Source: Alloprevotella sp. (lineage in GTDB: Bacteria > Bacteroidota > Bacteroidia > Bacteroidales > Bacteroidaceae). From it: DNA of 64,000 nucleotides. Below are positions 41,939 through 52,627 of the stretch, piece by piece; the stretch's first letter is position 1, and every line of letters begins with the position of its first letter. The DNA is taken from positions 4,776 to 68,775 of the forward strand of contig JAZQXH010000067.1 of NCBI GenBank assembly GCA_045632745.1. The letters are read 5' to 3'. The position numbers and the translations under genes are program-made. The notes beneath the pieces are model-generated. The model did no database searches. It saw only the letters and a list, made by a program, of their open reading frames with translations, and had not been told where the DNA came from.

Positions 41939-42760
41939 ATGGATTTTGTAAAAAACTTTAATTTCAGATCTCTAAAGTCTTTAGCAGGTTTGTTTGTGTT
42001 AACAATGTGTTTGAATTCTTGTTCAGACAGTGATGATACTGTCGTGCCTCCGTTCGCAAAAGAACAATCATTTACTGTTGAAGGTGTGTCATTTAAGATG
42101 GTGCTTGTAGAGGGGGGGACGTTCCAAATGGGAGCAACCCCAGAACAGGAAACACCCAAACTTAATGAAAGTCCTGTGCATAGCGTTACGTTGAGTAGCT
42201 ACTATATGGGCGAAACAGAAGTAACTCAGGAACTTTGGACAGCTGTGATGGGAAGTAATCCTTCATATTTTCCTGGTAATGATCAACGTCCAGTAGAAAG
42301 AGTAAGTTGGAATGATTGCCAAACTTTTATAGCTAAGCTCAATGAATTGACTGGTAAGAATTTCCATCTTCCCACAGAAGCTCAATGGGAATATGCTGCA
42401 CGTGGTGGCAATCTGTCGAAGGGGTATCAGTATAGCGGTAGCAATACGGTGGATGAAGTGGCATGGTATATAGATAATGCAGAGTCTACAACGCATCCTG
42501 TAGCAACTAAGCAACCTAACGAATTGGGATTGTATGATATGAGTGGTAATGTTTGGGAATGGTGTAAGGATAAGGTTCGCGCTTATTCTTCTGAAGCTGT
42601 AATTAATCCAGAAGGACCTGCTACGGATTCTGACTCTGATTATCTTGTGAATCGTGGTGGTGCATGGGATTTTGCTTCAGAAGGTAATCGTGTAGCGTTT
42701 CGTCGTTGCGACCCTCGTTCGAAGACTTTTAAAACTGTTGGATTACGTTTGGTTTTGTAA
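41939..42760 (+). CDS. FGE-sulfatase (SUMF1/C-type-lectin fold) lipoprotein
   Basis: Lipobox LNSC; GGTFQMG, LPTEAQWEYAARGG, NELGLYDMSGNVWEW, RGG.W, GLRL. Confidence 0.9.
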   Translation: MDFVKNFNFRSLKSLAGLFVLTMCLNSCSDSDDTVVPPFAKEQSFTVEGVSFKMVLVEGGTFQMGATPEQETPKLNESPVHSVTLSSYYMGETEVTQELWTAVMGSNPSYFPGNDQRPVERVSWNDCQTFIAKLNELTGKNFHLPTEAQWEYAARGGNLSKGYQYSGSNTVDEVAWYIDNAESTTHPVATKQPNELGLYDMSGNVWEWCKDKVRAYSSEAVINPEGPATDSDSDYLVNRGGAWDFASEGNRVAFRRCDPRSKTFKTVGLRLVL

Positions 42761-42777
42761 TTTTATATTGAGCTAAC

Positions 42778-42862
42778 AACCATGGCTATGATGAAAGTGT
42801 AGAAACGGGGTGATGATGAATCCCCGTACGAAACTTTCATCATAGCCATGGTTATTTTTTTT
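42778..42862 (+). terminator. Long hairpin/terminator
   Basis: 21-bp perfect stem aaccatggctatgatgaaagt/actttcatcatagccatggtt followed by a T-run. Confidence 0.7.
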
Positions 42863-42897
42863 AAGTTGACGAGAAGACAAGTATGCGAGATAGGTTA

Positions 42898-43018
42898 TAA
42901 GGTTGTGAGGTTGTGATTAGAGTACAGCTTACAGAGTACAGCTACTGCGCGGTGTCAAGTCAAACCATCTTGTCAACTCGTTTATTTGTCAACTAAATAA
43001 GGTTGTGAGGTTATGAGG
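42898..43018 (-). repeat. ~120-bp inverted repeat, right arm
   Basis: Reverse complement of 41776-41896. Confidence 0.85.
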
Positions 43019-43078
43019 AACGATTAGCGATTAACGATTAGCGAACCATCCGGATGGACTACTCTCTACTCTCTACTA
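43019..43078. repeat. Heptamer tracts around the CCATCCGGATGG core
   Basis: (CGATTAR)3, core 43046-43057, (ACTCTCT)2-3. Confidence 0.85.
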
Positions 43079-43148
43079 AATAAGGTTATAAGGACCATGC
43101 GGAATTTTCAGCGTTTGTGTCTAACCATCTCGTTAACTCGTTTAAATT

Positions 43149-43620
43149 AACAAATCTGGAAATTTTACCCAGATTTGTTGATTCACATTTCTTAACAATT
43201 TGACAAATATCAGAAAATGCAAAATTTTAAGAAAGTTTAATATTTGGCTTCTGAAATGTTAATATTTGTATATAAAATTTTCGAAAATTGAGTCAAAAAA
43301 AACTATGTTTGACTTAGTTTCAACTATGTTTGACCTAATTTTTCCTATGTCCGACATAGTTTTTCCTATGTCAGACCTACTATGTCGGACATAGTGAAAG
43401 AAAAAAGGGAGGCCGCATAGCCTCCCTTCATCCTTATTGCAAATATACAACAAAAAACTTTTTTTGCCAAATTGGTTTTCAAGCGTAATTTTCACAATCC
43501 TTAACATTTCGACCTTCAATTTTGTAATCTGACACCCCCTAAAATTGACTTTTCTGGCAAAAGCCCCATTTTTGCGAAAAATCGAAATGCACGAAACAGA
43601 TGAATGCTAATTTGTGGGGA
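43149..43620 (-). repeat. ~450-bp dispersed unit, copy 2 (divergent; different 21-bp array)
   Basis: Same layout and promoter; ctatgt repeats at 43303, 43324, 43345, 43366, 43380. Confidence 0.75.
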
Positions 43621-43672
43621 TATTATATTTATGGGGCAAATGTCGCTTGGTTTCTGACTAATGGGCTATGTT

Positions 43673-45568
43673 TTAATCAGGCAGTACCATCATCTCGCAT
43701 TTTGCACAATCAAATTTAAGTCGGAATGTTCGTCCGTCTGTGCCGCGTAGGCGAAGTGGTTCTTTAAATGAGGATGATTGTGCTTGCTGTTTTTTAAGGC
43801 AGAGTCCAAATTCATGACGTAGACAATATTTGCAAAACATGATAGGAGCTGCAAGGGCAGGGCGCTCAATTTCGTAAGCTGGTTTGATGTCTTTTATGCC
43901 CTGAGAGTCGAAAAAGTTGCGAGCTACGTTGTTGGCAACGTTTGCTGTGTAGTCGAGTTGTGTGGGCAGTAGGTGGCTTACGTTTGCTTGTGCCTGAGTG
44001 GATGTTGTATTGGGGGTATTACGCTTTGTTTGCGTTGCGGTTTTCAGTATTTGTTCAATAACCGTTCTGCGTGCGGCAGTAAGAAGTGATGCAGGAATAA
44101 AGAGTTTGCTCACTTCTGGTACGATGTTTATGTCGCCAGGGAAGAATGGGGTTTGTCCCAACTTCATGAGTGGACGAATGATGGCGTCTGTTTGTGTGTC
44201 GCGCGCTGGAGATAATTCGTTGGTTACTACAGCAGAAGCTTGTCGGCCAAGCTCGTCTGATGCATTGAGAAGTATGGATTCTTCATGAATGGTGAGCTCG
44301 AAATCAAGCCTTAAGCGGCGTGTGGCAGATGGTTTTGACAGGAGCTTTTCGAATTCAATATCTGCATTGCGGTAGACATTGATTTTTCGGAGTACGCTGC
44401 TGGGTAGCTGTTTTTGGCTCCATTGTGGAGCGTTAGGGCCAAAGGTGATTTCGAAGCAACGTGTGGCAGCATTGCGTATTGCGGTGTTGGCGCGGAACCC
44501 CTGGAGATTTCCTTCAAGGTCGATGAAGCAAAGTCCGTCGCCGGCATGTAGTTGTATGCCTTCGAGAGGCTGGATGCTTACGCCGCGTGCGTTGATGGTT
44601 CTCAGACTGCCGATGAGTTCGCCTTTGGATTTCGGTGTTTCGATGCTTGCTTCCTTGCCGCGTTTGCCTTGCAGGAAGTAGGGCGTAAATCCGCGGTTGA
44701 AACTTTTATCGGCTTGCGGCGTAAAGGTATAGCTACACTGCCCTGCCGAACTGCGTTGGTACTTGTCGGGATTTTGTGCTATGATGTCATTGAGTGCCTG
44801 ACTGTAGAGTGCCGTGATATTTTTTACATAGGTGGCATCCTTGAGGCGACCTTCGATTTTGAAGGAACAAACGCCGGCTTCGATCATCTCCTGAAGATGA
44901 GCAGAGCGATTCATGTCGCGCAGCGAGAGGGGATGGCAAAGTGGGTGCACCATTTTTCCTTCGGCGTCAATCACCTCAAAGGGCAGACGGCAGAACTGGG
45001 CACATTCGCCACGATTGGCAGAGCGCTGAAAGCAATGTTGTGAAGCATAGCAACGTCCGCTGTAACTCACGCAGAGTGCGCCATGCACGAAGGCCTCGAG
45101 CGGAAGCTGAGGACAAGCGGCATGGATGGCACTGATTTGTTGAAGATTGAGTTCTCTTGCCAGCACGATTTGCTTAAAGCCGAGTTGCTCAAGCATCTGG
45201 GCTTTCTCAGGAGTGGTGATGTCGAGCTGTGTAGAGGCGTGGAGTTCTATAGGGGGGAGGTTCATCTGTGTGAGTGCAAGGTCCTGCACGATGAGGGCAT
45301 CTACACCGATTTTGTAGAGCTGATGAACGAGGTCTTCAACGCTCTTGAGCTCATGGTCGTAGATGATGGTGTTGAGCGTGACGTAAACTTTTGCTCCATA
45401 GGTGTGGGCGTGTTTGCACAGGCGTTTGATGTCGGAGAGCGAGTTGCCTGCCGCAGCGCGAGCGCCATATTGAGGTCCTCCGATGTAAACGGCGTCTGCA
45501 CCGTGGTTGATGGCTTCTATACCGATGTCGGCATTGCGTGCGGGGGCTAAGAGTTCGAGGCGTTGCAT
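43673..45568 (-). CDS. Peptidase U32 family protein with DUF3656 (RlhA-like)
   Basis: LELLAPA, GADAVYIG, HASTQ, FVHGALCVSYSGRC, NRGECAQFCR, KIEGR. Confidence 0.88.
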   Translation of the reverse strand: MQRLELLAPARNADIGIEAINHGADAVYIGGPQYGARAAAGNSLSDIKRLCKHAHTYGAKVYVTLNTIIYDHELKSVEDLVHQLYKIGVDALIVQDLALTQMNLPPIELHASTQLDITTPEKAQMLEQLGFKQIVLARELNLQQISAIHAACPQLPLEAFVHGALCVSYSGRCYASQHCFQRSANRGECAQFCRLPFEVIDAEGKMVHPLCHPLSLRDMNRSAHLQEMIEAGVCSFKIEGRLKDATYVKNITALYSQALNDIIAQNPDKYQRSSAGQCSYTFTPQADKSFNRGFTPYFLQGKRGKEASIETPKSKGELIGSLRTINARGVSIQPLEGIQLHAGDGLCFIDLEGNLQGFRANTAIRNAATRCFEITFGPNAPQWSQKQLPSSVLRKINVYRNADIEFEKLLSKPSATRRLRLDFELTIHEESILLNASDELGRQASAVVTNELSPARDTQTDAIIRPLMKLGQTPFFPGDINIVPEVSKLFIPASLLTAARRTVIEQILKTATQTKRNTPNTTSTQAQANVSHLLPTQLDYTANVANNVARNFFDSQGIKDIKPAYEIERPALAAPIMFCKYCLRHEFGLCLKKQQAQSSSFKEPLRLRGTDGRTFRLKFDCAKCEMMVLPD

Positions 45569-45654
45569 ATGAGGAAATAATGCGGGATTACTGAAAATAG
45601 TTTGCGGACGGGGTAATGTGGGTATCCTCGTCCGCAAATTTTTGTTAATGTATG

Positions 45655-47445
45655 TTAGGGTTTACTCATTGTGATGAGTAGTTCTTCATTATTGCGTGTG
45701 TTTTGCATTTGCTTAAGCACAGCTTGCATGGCTTCTACGCTGTTCATGTCTGACAAGTAGTTGCGGAACACCCACATGCGATTTGCCGTATTGGGAGTGT
45801 GCAAGAGGTCGTCTCGGCGTGTGCTTGAGGCTATGACATTTACGGCTGGGAAAATGCGCTTGTTGGCAAGTGTGCGGTCGAGCTGAAGTTCCATGTTGCC
45901 TGTTCCCTTGAATTCTTCGAAGATTACTTCGTCCATTCTCGAACCGGTGTCAATGAGTGCTGTGGCAATGATGGTGAGCGATCCGCCGCCTTCGATGTTT
46001 CGAGCTGCACCGAAGAAGCGCTTGGGACGTTGCAAAGAGTTGGCATCCACACCGCCGGAGAGAATTTTACCCGATGCGGGCGCTTCCGTGTTGTAGGCGC
46101 GTGCAAGGCGTGTGATGGAGTCGAGGAAGATGACTACGTCGTGGCCGCATTCGACCATTCGCTTGGCTTTTTCGAGCACGATGCCTGCAATCTTAACGTG
46201 GTTGGAGGCTGGTGCGTCGAAGGTCGAGGCGATGACTTCGGCCTTCACGGTGCGGCGCATGTCGGTAACTTCTTCGGGGCGCTCATCGATGAGCAACATC
46301 ATGAGGTATGTTTCAGGATGGTTTTCTGCAATGGCATTGGCAATCTCTTTCATGAGCATCGTCTTACCCGTCTTGGGTTGTGCTACGATGAGTGCGCGCT
46401 GACCTTTACCGATGGGGGCAAACAAGTCAACAACGCGGCGCGAGTAGTTGTCATTATGCCCCGTGCAGAGGTTGAATTTTTCGTCTGGGAAGAGGGGGGT
46501 GAGGTGTTCGAAGGCTACACGGTTGCGTACTTGTATGGGAGTCATACCGTTGATGTATTCTACGCTTTGAAGAACGAAGAACTTGTCGTCTTCACGTGGC
46601 ACTCTTACTTTGCCTTCTACAATGTCGCCAGGCTTCAGCCCATATTGGCGAAGCTGTACGGGTGATACGTAAATATCGTCGGGCGATGTTAGGTAGTTAT
46701 AGTCAGCTGAGCGGAGAAAACCGTAACCTTCTTTCGTTAGTTCGAGCACACCGCTACCATCGAGCAACACGCTTTCTTCCATGCGCTTGATGCTGGCGCG
46801 ATAGTTGGCCGCAGCTTCTTGTTTGCGTGCAGCATTGGCCTTGCGCTCACTTTGTTGCGACTGAACGATTGGGTCGTCCTTGAATTTATGAAACTTTGGC
46901 GAGGGAGTCGTAGCGGTGTTGTTCGTATTGACTTGCACCTGTTGAGAGGGCAGCACGTCCTCAATGATAAGAAAGTTTTCATTGAGTGGTTTTACCATTT
47001 TACCCTTAACGTACATGGGCTTTTGCTGATTTTCAGCAGCAGGTTGCGAGTTTGTTTTGTTTTTGGTTTCAGGTGTAGTCTCTGTATTCTCAGGTTCCTT
47101 TGTATTCTCAGGTTTTTCTTCTACCGCTTTTTTCTTGATTTCCGCTTTGGTCGTATTTTTGTCTTCAATAGTTGAAGATGTGACAGGCGTGGTTTCTGTT
47201 TCAGAGTCCGATTGTTCGGGTTGCACTGTAACCTCTCGTGCGGCTAATTCTGCTTTTGACGGACGACCACGTTTGCGTTTTACCGGAATAATGGCTTCGG
47301 GACTGAGGTCTTGGGCTGCAACGATCTCTTTCACCAAAAGTTCTTTGTCATTGCTGTCTTTATTCTCGAGGTTGAAATCAGCTGCTATTGATTGTAGTTG
47401 CTTGATGTCAACCAACATTAATTGTTCGTGCGTGTAGATGGGCAT
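45655..47445 (-). CDS. rho: Transcription termination factor Rho with N-terminal insertion
   Basis: [44 protein letters not shown]. Confidence 0.96.
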   Translation of the reverse strand: MPIYTHEQLMLVDIKQLQSIAADFNLENKDSNDKELLVKEIVAAQDLSPEAIIPVKRKRGRPSKAELAAREVTVQPEQSDSETETTPVTSSTIEDKNTTKAEIKKKAVEEKPENTKEPENTETTPETKNKTNSQPAAENQQKPMYVKGKMVKPLNENFLIIEDVLPSQQVQVNTNNTATTPSPKFHKFKDDPIVQSQQSERKANAARKQEAAANYRASIKRMEESVLLDGSGVLELTKEGYGFLRSADYNYLTSPDDIYVSPVQLRQYGLKPGDIVEGKVRVPREDDKFFVLQSVEYINGMTPIQVRNRVAFEHLTPLFPDEKFNLCTGHNDNYSRRVVDLFAPIGKGQRALIVAQPKTGKTMLMKEIANAIAENHPETYLMMLLIDERPEEVTDMRRTVKAEVIASTFDAPASNHVKIAGIVLEKAKRMVECGHDVVIFLDSITRLARAYNTEAPASGKILSGGVDANSLQRPKRFFGAARNIEGGGSLTIIATALIDTGSRMDEVIFEEFKGTGNMELQLDRTLANKRIFPAVNVIASSTRRDDLLHTPNTANRMWVFRNYLSDMNSVEAMQAVLKQMQNTRNNEELLITMSKP

Positions 47446-47745
47446 AAAGCGATTTGTGGTTTTGCTTTTTTCCTTTAATATGGTTTATTTCAAGAGTGAA
47501 ACGATCCAACAATTCGTCTTGGAACTAAAAATAAAAAGGATAAATGGCTTTAGTGAAAATACAACAACAGTAAAAGAAAACATGGATTCTGTATTCTTTT
47601 AACGATGCAAAGGTAATGATATTTTTTTATAACAAGAATATTTTAAAAGGTTTTTGAAATATAATATGTTCTTTTTTTTGGTTATATAGAAGTAGGCGGT
47701 GTTGCTGAATATTTGTTTTTTTTACTAATTTTGTAGTTCTTAATT

Positions 47746-47899
47746 CAAGTTTGCGCAAGTATAAGTTCTTTTTTATGAAGGTTTAACAAGAGTATGATAG
47801 TTATTTGTGTTGTAGTGGGATTGCGTCCCGAATGGCAACTTTAAAACCTAATAATCTTAAAACCTTATAACCTAAGAAGTTGCGCATTTGAGGAACTTC
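47746..47899. repeat. Degenerate modular repeat with end motifs
   Basis: cccgaatgg core, C-rich 8-mers, gaagttgcgcatttgaggaacttc. Confidence 0.55.
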
Positions 47900-47983
47900 A
47901 ATTCTTAATATTTATCGTGTTACAAGTTACTTGGATAAACTTGTAAAACTCATTTATAATATACGGTGTAAAATACAGACGTT

Positions 47984-49786
47984 ATGGCAAACCCATATTT
48001 AGATGTGCAACATCTTTCGAAGCGCATAGGCGACCTTGTGTTGTTCGAGGATATTTCGTTTTCGTTGGCCGAGGGCGAAAGAGTGGGGCTTATAGCCCGT
48101 AACGGTGCAGGAAAATCTACGCTTTTGAATATCCTGGCCGGTACGGAGGATTATGAATCGGGCAAGATTGTTTATCGCAATAATTTAAGGGTGGGCTATT
48201 TGCTGCAGAATCCGAAGTTCAATCCGATGGAAACGGTTCTGGAAGCAGTGACGCAAGGACAAGTCAGCCTGCTGAACGGCGATGAAATGTCGGAAACGGA
48301 CGAACATCGGATTTCGGCAAAGCAGTTGCTTTCGAAACTCAAAATTCCTGATACATCCCAGCTGATGGGACAACTTTCGGGAGGCCAACTCAAGCGCGTG
48401 GCTTTGGCAAGAGTGTTGCTATCGAATCCAGATTTGTTGATTCTTGACGAACCTACCAACCATCTTGACCTCGAAATGATTGAGTGGCTCGAGAATTACT
48501 TGCGTCGCAATGTGCGCTCGCTCCTGATGGTGACGCACGACCGCTATTTCCTCGACCGTGTTTGTTCGGAAATCATAGAACTCGATGAGCAGCAACTCTT
48601 TACCTATCGTGGAAATTACGCCTACTATTTGCAGAAACGCGAGGAGCGCATAGACGTAGCCAATGCCACAGTGGCGCGCGCTGCCAACCTTTATCGCAAG
48701 GAGTTGGAGTGGATGCGCCGCACCCCATCGGCGCGCGGAACGAAAGCACGTTCGCGAAAAGAGGCTTTCTATGAACTCGAGCAGGTGGCAAAGCGCAGAA
48801 TGCAGGAGCGCAATGCACGTCTGGATATAAAGAGCGGCTATATTGGCTCGAAAATCTTTGAGGCAGAATATGTGTCGAAGGAGTTTCCCACAACGAAGAT
48901 TCTGAAAGACTTCTATTACAACTTTTCGCGCTACGAGAAGATGGGGATCGTTGGCAACAACGGAACGGGAAAAACTACGTTTATCAAGTTGTTGTTGGGC
49001 GAAGAGCGTCCGGATTCGGGTCGCTTTGTGATAGGCGAGACGGTGCGCTTCGGATATTTTTCGCAGATGCCGATGGAGTTGCCGCGCGACATGAAGGTGA
49101 TTGATGCTGTGCGCCAGTATGCTGAGACGATAGATCTTGGTGGTGGTCGCCACCTCACAGCGATGCAGTTTCTCACGCATTTTTTGTTTCCACCTTCGCG
49201 CCAGCAGGATTATGTGTATAAACTGAGCGGAGGGGAGTATCGCCGCTTGCAACTGTGCATCGTGCTGATGAAGAACCCCAACTTCCTGATTCTCGACGAA
49301 CCTACTAACGACCTTGACATCGCTACGCTTAACGTGCTTGAAGAGTACTTGGCTGACTTCCGCGGTTGTGTCATCGTTGTGTCGCACGACCGTTACTTCA
49401 TGGACAAAGTGGTTGACCACTTGCTGGTGTTTAAGGGGAATGCGGAGATCGAAGATTTCCCCGGAAACTATACACAATATCGCTCCATGCCAAAGGACGA
49501 CGTGGTAGAAGCGAAGGCGAAGGACGCTACGCCGCCCTCGTCGGCAGCAACGCGTGGAGCTGACCGCAAAGCCAAACTCTCCTTTAAAGAAAAGCAGGAG
49601 TTGAAGCAGCTCGAAGCGGATATCGCAGCGCTCGAAGCGGAGAAAACGCAGATAGAGGAGGCGTTATGTAGCGGTACGCTTTCGGTGGACGAACTCACAG
49701 AGAAAAGCAAGCGCCTGCCAGCGTTGAACGATGATCTGGACCTTAAGATGATGCGTTGGCTGGAGTTGAGCGAGGTAGAAGGATAG
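47984..49786 (+). CDS. ABC-F family ATPase (Uup-like)
   Basis: Two ABC domains (LDEPTN twice), no TMs, C-terminal coiled coil KLSFKE. Confidence 0.9.
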   Translation: MANPYLDVQHLSKRIGDLVLFEDISFSLAEGERVGLIARNGAGKSTLLNILAGTEDYESGKIVYRNNLRVGYLLQNPKFNPMETVLEAVTQGQVSLLNGDEMSETDEHRISAKQLLSKLKIPDTSQLMGQLSGGQLKRVALARVLLSNPDLLILDEPTNHLDLEMIEWLENYLRRNVRSLLMVTHDRYFLDRVCSEIIELDEQQLFTYRGNYAYYLQKREERIDVANATVARAANLYRKELEWMRRTPSARGTKARSRKEAFYELEQVAKRRMQERNARLDIKSGYIGSKIFEAEYVSKEFPTTKILKDFYYNFSRYEKMGIVGNNGTGKTTFIKLLLGEERPDSGRFVIGETVRFGYFSQMPMELPRDMKVIDAVRQYAETIDLGGGRHLTAMQFLTHFLFPPSRQQDYVYKLSGGEYRRLQLCIVLMKNPNFLILDEPTNDLDIATLNVLEEYLADFRGCVIVVSHDRYFMDKVVDHLLVFKGNAEIEDFPGNYTQYRSMPKDDVVEAKAKDATPPSSAATRGADRKAKLSFKEKQELKQLEADIAALEAEKTQIEEALCSGTLSVDELTEKSKRLPALNDDLDLKMMRWLELSEVEG

Positions 49787-49790
49787 TATT

Positions 49791-50296
49791 GAAAGGGGAA
49801 AGGAGACTGCGAAGCTGATGAGCATAAGCGAATAAATGAGAGCGGAAAAAGGAGAAATAGCCTTGCGGAAAAAGGATACTGCGAAGATGATGAGCGTAAG
49901 CGAATAAACGAGAAAGACCATCCGGATGGTTGTTGTACTCTGCTCTCTGTACTATATACTCTTGCACGCTGCATAGCCTTAAAACCTCATAACCTAAGAA
50001 TAGTAGACAAGTTATTAGGTACGAGTAGACGAGAAGGTCAGATTCGAACGCTTGCATGCACGCTGCACAGCCTTAAAACCTCACAACCTCATAACCTCAT
50101 TTTATAACCTCACAAGCGAAGCGACCTTATAACCTAAGAATAGTAAACGAGTTATTAGGTACGAGTAGGCGAGTGAGGTCAGACTTGACCGCAGGCTTGC
50201 ATTCCGCAAGGCAGTTGTACTCTGTACTTTGTACTCTTGCACCCTGCATAGCCTTAAAACCTCATAACCTCACAACCTTATAACCTCAAAACCTTT
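49791..50296. repeat. Composite modular repeat region with CCATCCGGATGG core at 49918
   Basis: Inverted copies of the 57320 array left of the core; C-rich 8-mers and a duplicated ~140-bp module to the right. Confidence 0.85.
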
Positions 50297-50303
50297 ATAT
50301 ATT

Positions 50304-51557
50304 GTGCAACCATTAGCCGAACGTTTACGTCCAACTTCGTTGGATAATTATATTGGACAGCAGCACCTCGTGGGCGAGGGCGCTGTTTTGCGCCGAATGC
50401 TTGAGTCAGGGCGCATTTCCTCATTTATATTATGGGGACCTCCCGGCGTGGGAAAAACTACGCTGGCTCAAATCGTGGCTTCTACAGTGAAGACGGCTTT
50501 TTATACACTGTCGGCTGTAAATTGTGGCGTGAAGGAGGTGCGCGAGGTGATAGACCGTGCCAAGCGCGAACGCTTCTTTTCAGCGCCGAGCCCCATTCTT
50601 TTCATCGACGAAATCCATCGTTTCTCTAAGTCGCAGCAGGATTCGCTCCTGGCTGCTGTTGAGCAGGGAACGATTACCTTTATCGGTGCGACTACTGAGA
50701 ATCCCTCGTTCGAGGTGATTCGTCCCTTGCTTTCGCGCTGCCAAGTATATGTGTTGAAGAGTCTGACGAAGGACGAACTCCTTCACTTGGCAAACGTGGC
50801 GATAACTACGGACATCGTATTGCGCGAACGCAAGGTCGAACTTGTTGAAACCGAGGCGTTGCTCCGCTTTAGTGGCGGAGATGCTCGCAAGTTGCTGAAC
50901 ATTTTGGATTTGCTCGAAGCGTCTGTCCCCGAAGGAGTTATCAGAGTCACCAATGACTTTGTATATGCTTGCTTGCAGCAGAATCCCCTGGCTTACGACA
51001 AGGATGGCGAGCAACACTACGACATCATTTCGGCTTTCATCAAGAGCATTCGTGGCTCTGACCCCGACGCTGCGCTCTATTGGCTGGCACGCATGATAGA
51101 GGGGGGCGAGGATCCCAAGTTCATCGCTCGCAGATTGGTGATTTCGGCAGCTGAGGACATCGGGCTTGCCAATCCTAACGCCCTCTTGATGGCGAATGCC
51201 GCCTTTGACGCCGTAGAGCGCATTGGTTTTCCCGAAGGGCGCATACCGTTGGCGCAGGCTACGGTGTATCTGGCTTCAAGTCCGAAGAGCAACTCCGCAT
51301 ATATGGGCATTAATACGGCGATCGAACTGGTGCGTCATACGGGAAATCTCCCGGTACCCTTGCATTTGCGCAATGCACCGACGCAGCTAATGGCAGAACT
51401 CGGTTATCATGCTGGCTATGCATATCCTCACGATTATCCGGGGCATTATGTGAAGCAGCAATATATGCCCGACACGCTTCAGCATGAGCATTTCTACACG
51501 CCAGCCGACAATGCAGCGGAGCGAAAGTTGGCAGAGTATTTGAGTAGATGCAAATAG
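50304..51557 (+). CDS. rarA: Replication-associated recombination protein A
   Basis: PLAERLRP, GPPGVGKT, DEIHRF, ATTENPSF, KSIRGSD, EDIGLA. Confidence 0.95.
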   Translation: MQPLAERLRPTSLDNYIGQQHLVGEGAVLRRMLESGRISSFILWGPPGVGKTTLAQIVASTVKTAFYTLSAVNCGVKEVREVIDRAKRERFFSAPSPILFIDEIHRFSKSQQDSLLAAVEQGTITFIGATTENPSFEVIRPLLSRCQVYVLKSLTKDELLHLANVAITTDIVLRERKVELVETEALLRFSGGDARKLLNILDLLEASVPEGVIRVTNDFVYACLQQNPLAYDKDGEQHYDIISAFIKSIRGSDPDAALYWLARMIEGGEDPKFIARRLVISAAEDIGLANPNALLMANAAFDAVERIGFPEGRIPLAQATVYLASSPKSNSAYMGINTAIELVRHTGNLPVPLHLRNAPTQLMAELGYHAGYAYPHDYPGHYVKQQYMPDTLQHEHFYTPADNAAERKLAEYLSRCK

Positions 51558-51722
51558 CATAGTTGTATGTAGTAGAACATCGTGTGACGACAGCGCTGAG
51601 CGACAATAAATGGATGGTGAGATGAAAAAAGTTTGATTTTTTATTGTTCGATTCAAAATAACTTTCTACTTTTGCACCGCATTTGCAGAGGAACGACTGC
51701 TGTCCGTCCTTGCATAGGTGTT

Positions 51723-51795
<73 letters not shown>

Positions 51796-51967
51796 CAAGC
51801 TACATTTGGAAGAGAAGAACGTGAGATGGAGGTCTTTCGTTCTTCTTCTTGTTTTGTGGCAGTGATAGCGTAAATGACTGTACGGATTTTCAGGATTTAA
51901 ACCAAGTGATAGGTTGAATCCGAGTTTGTAGCCGAGGCGAACATTTTTTTTCTATTCAATTAATGAT

Positions 51968-52531
51968 ATGAGGAATCATCTTTCAAGCGACGATTATTTA
52001 AATGAGTTTGAGCAGCGCTTGCAGCAGAATTTATTGCGACAGTTGCACGCACGAGGCATGATGGGGAAGCAATTGCTTGGTTCTGAAGACCTTGACAATA
52101 AGTTCGAAACGTATTTGCAAGAATATTTGGCGGACGCCCTTCCGCAGATTGTGGACTATCCGATGGTGTCCATAGCCTGGGCTACATATATCGGACTGGG
52201 GTTAGCTTACTTATGGGATACCGATTTTGAGCGATTTGCTGAAATGGAGTATCGTATGCTCTATGGTACGCGAGGATTCGATGATATGGACGAGCATATC
52301 CTCTACGATGTGATGGGCAATCAGCCTGAGGATGTTAAGGGGGTGGTGCAACTCATACAGAGCATTTCGCAGTCGTGCCTTTCGGCAATCAAGGCAGAGC
52401 AGATTGAGCCGCAAAGTCCCATGGCTTTCCATGTATATGTGCGTACGGTAGTCGTAGCCTTTCGTATAGGAGCGGCATTGCAACTCTATGCAATGGGCTA
52501 TAAGTATGAGAAACTCGAGGCAGACAATTAA
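51968..52531 (+). CDS. Conserved Bacteroidales hypothetical protein
   Basis: 187 aa; RGFDDMDEHI motif; clean ATG ORF. Confidence 0.75.
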   Translation: MRNHLSSDDYLNEFEQRLQQNLLRQLHARGMMGKQLLGSEDLDNKFETYLQEYLADALPQIVDYPMVSIAWATYIGLGLAYLWDTDFERFAEMEYRMLYGTRGFDDMDEHILYDVMGNQPEDVKGVVQLIQSISQSCLSAIKAEQIEPQSPMAFHVYVRTVVVAFRIGAALQLYAMGYKYEKLEADN

Positions 52532-52575
52532 GTCCGAATTTACGCTCGCGCCTTTATACATCCTTATACAACCTA

Positions 52576-52616
52576 AAGAGGGTATGCCAAAATGAAGATT
52601 TTGGCATACCCTCTTT
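52576..52616. repeat. REP-like palindrome/terminator
   Basis: aagagggtatgccaaaat-gaag-attttggcataccctctt. Confidence 0.8.
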
Positions 52617-52627
52617 TAAGTAAGTTT

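Noticed and set aside
42640-42760. Second FGE-sulfatase gene as an active DGR target
   Set aside because: Codons at the equivalent positions include tca, gaa, aag and aaa and do not fit the NNY pattern well.
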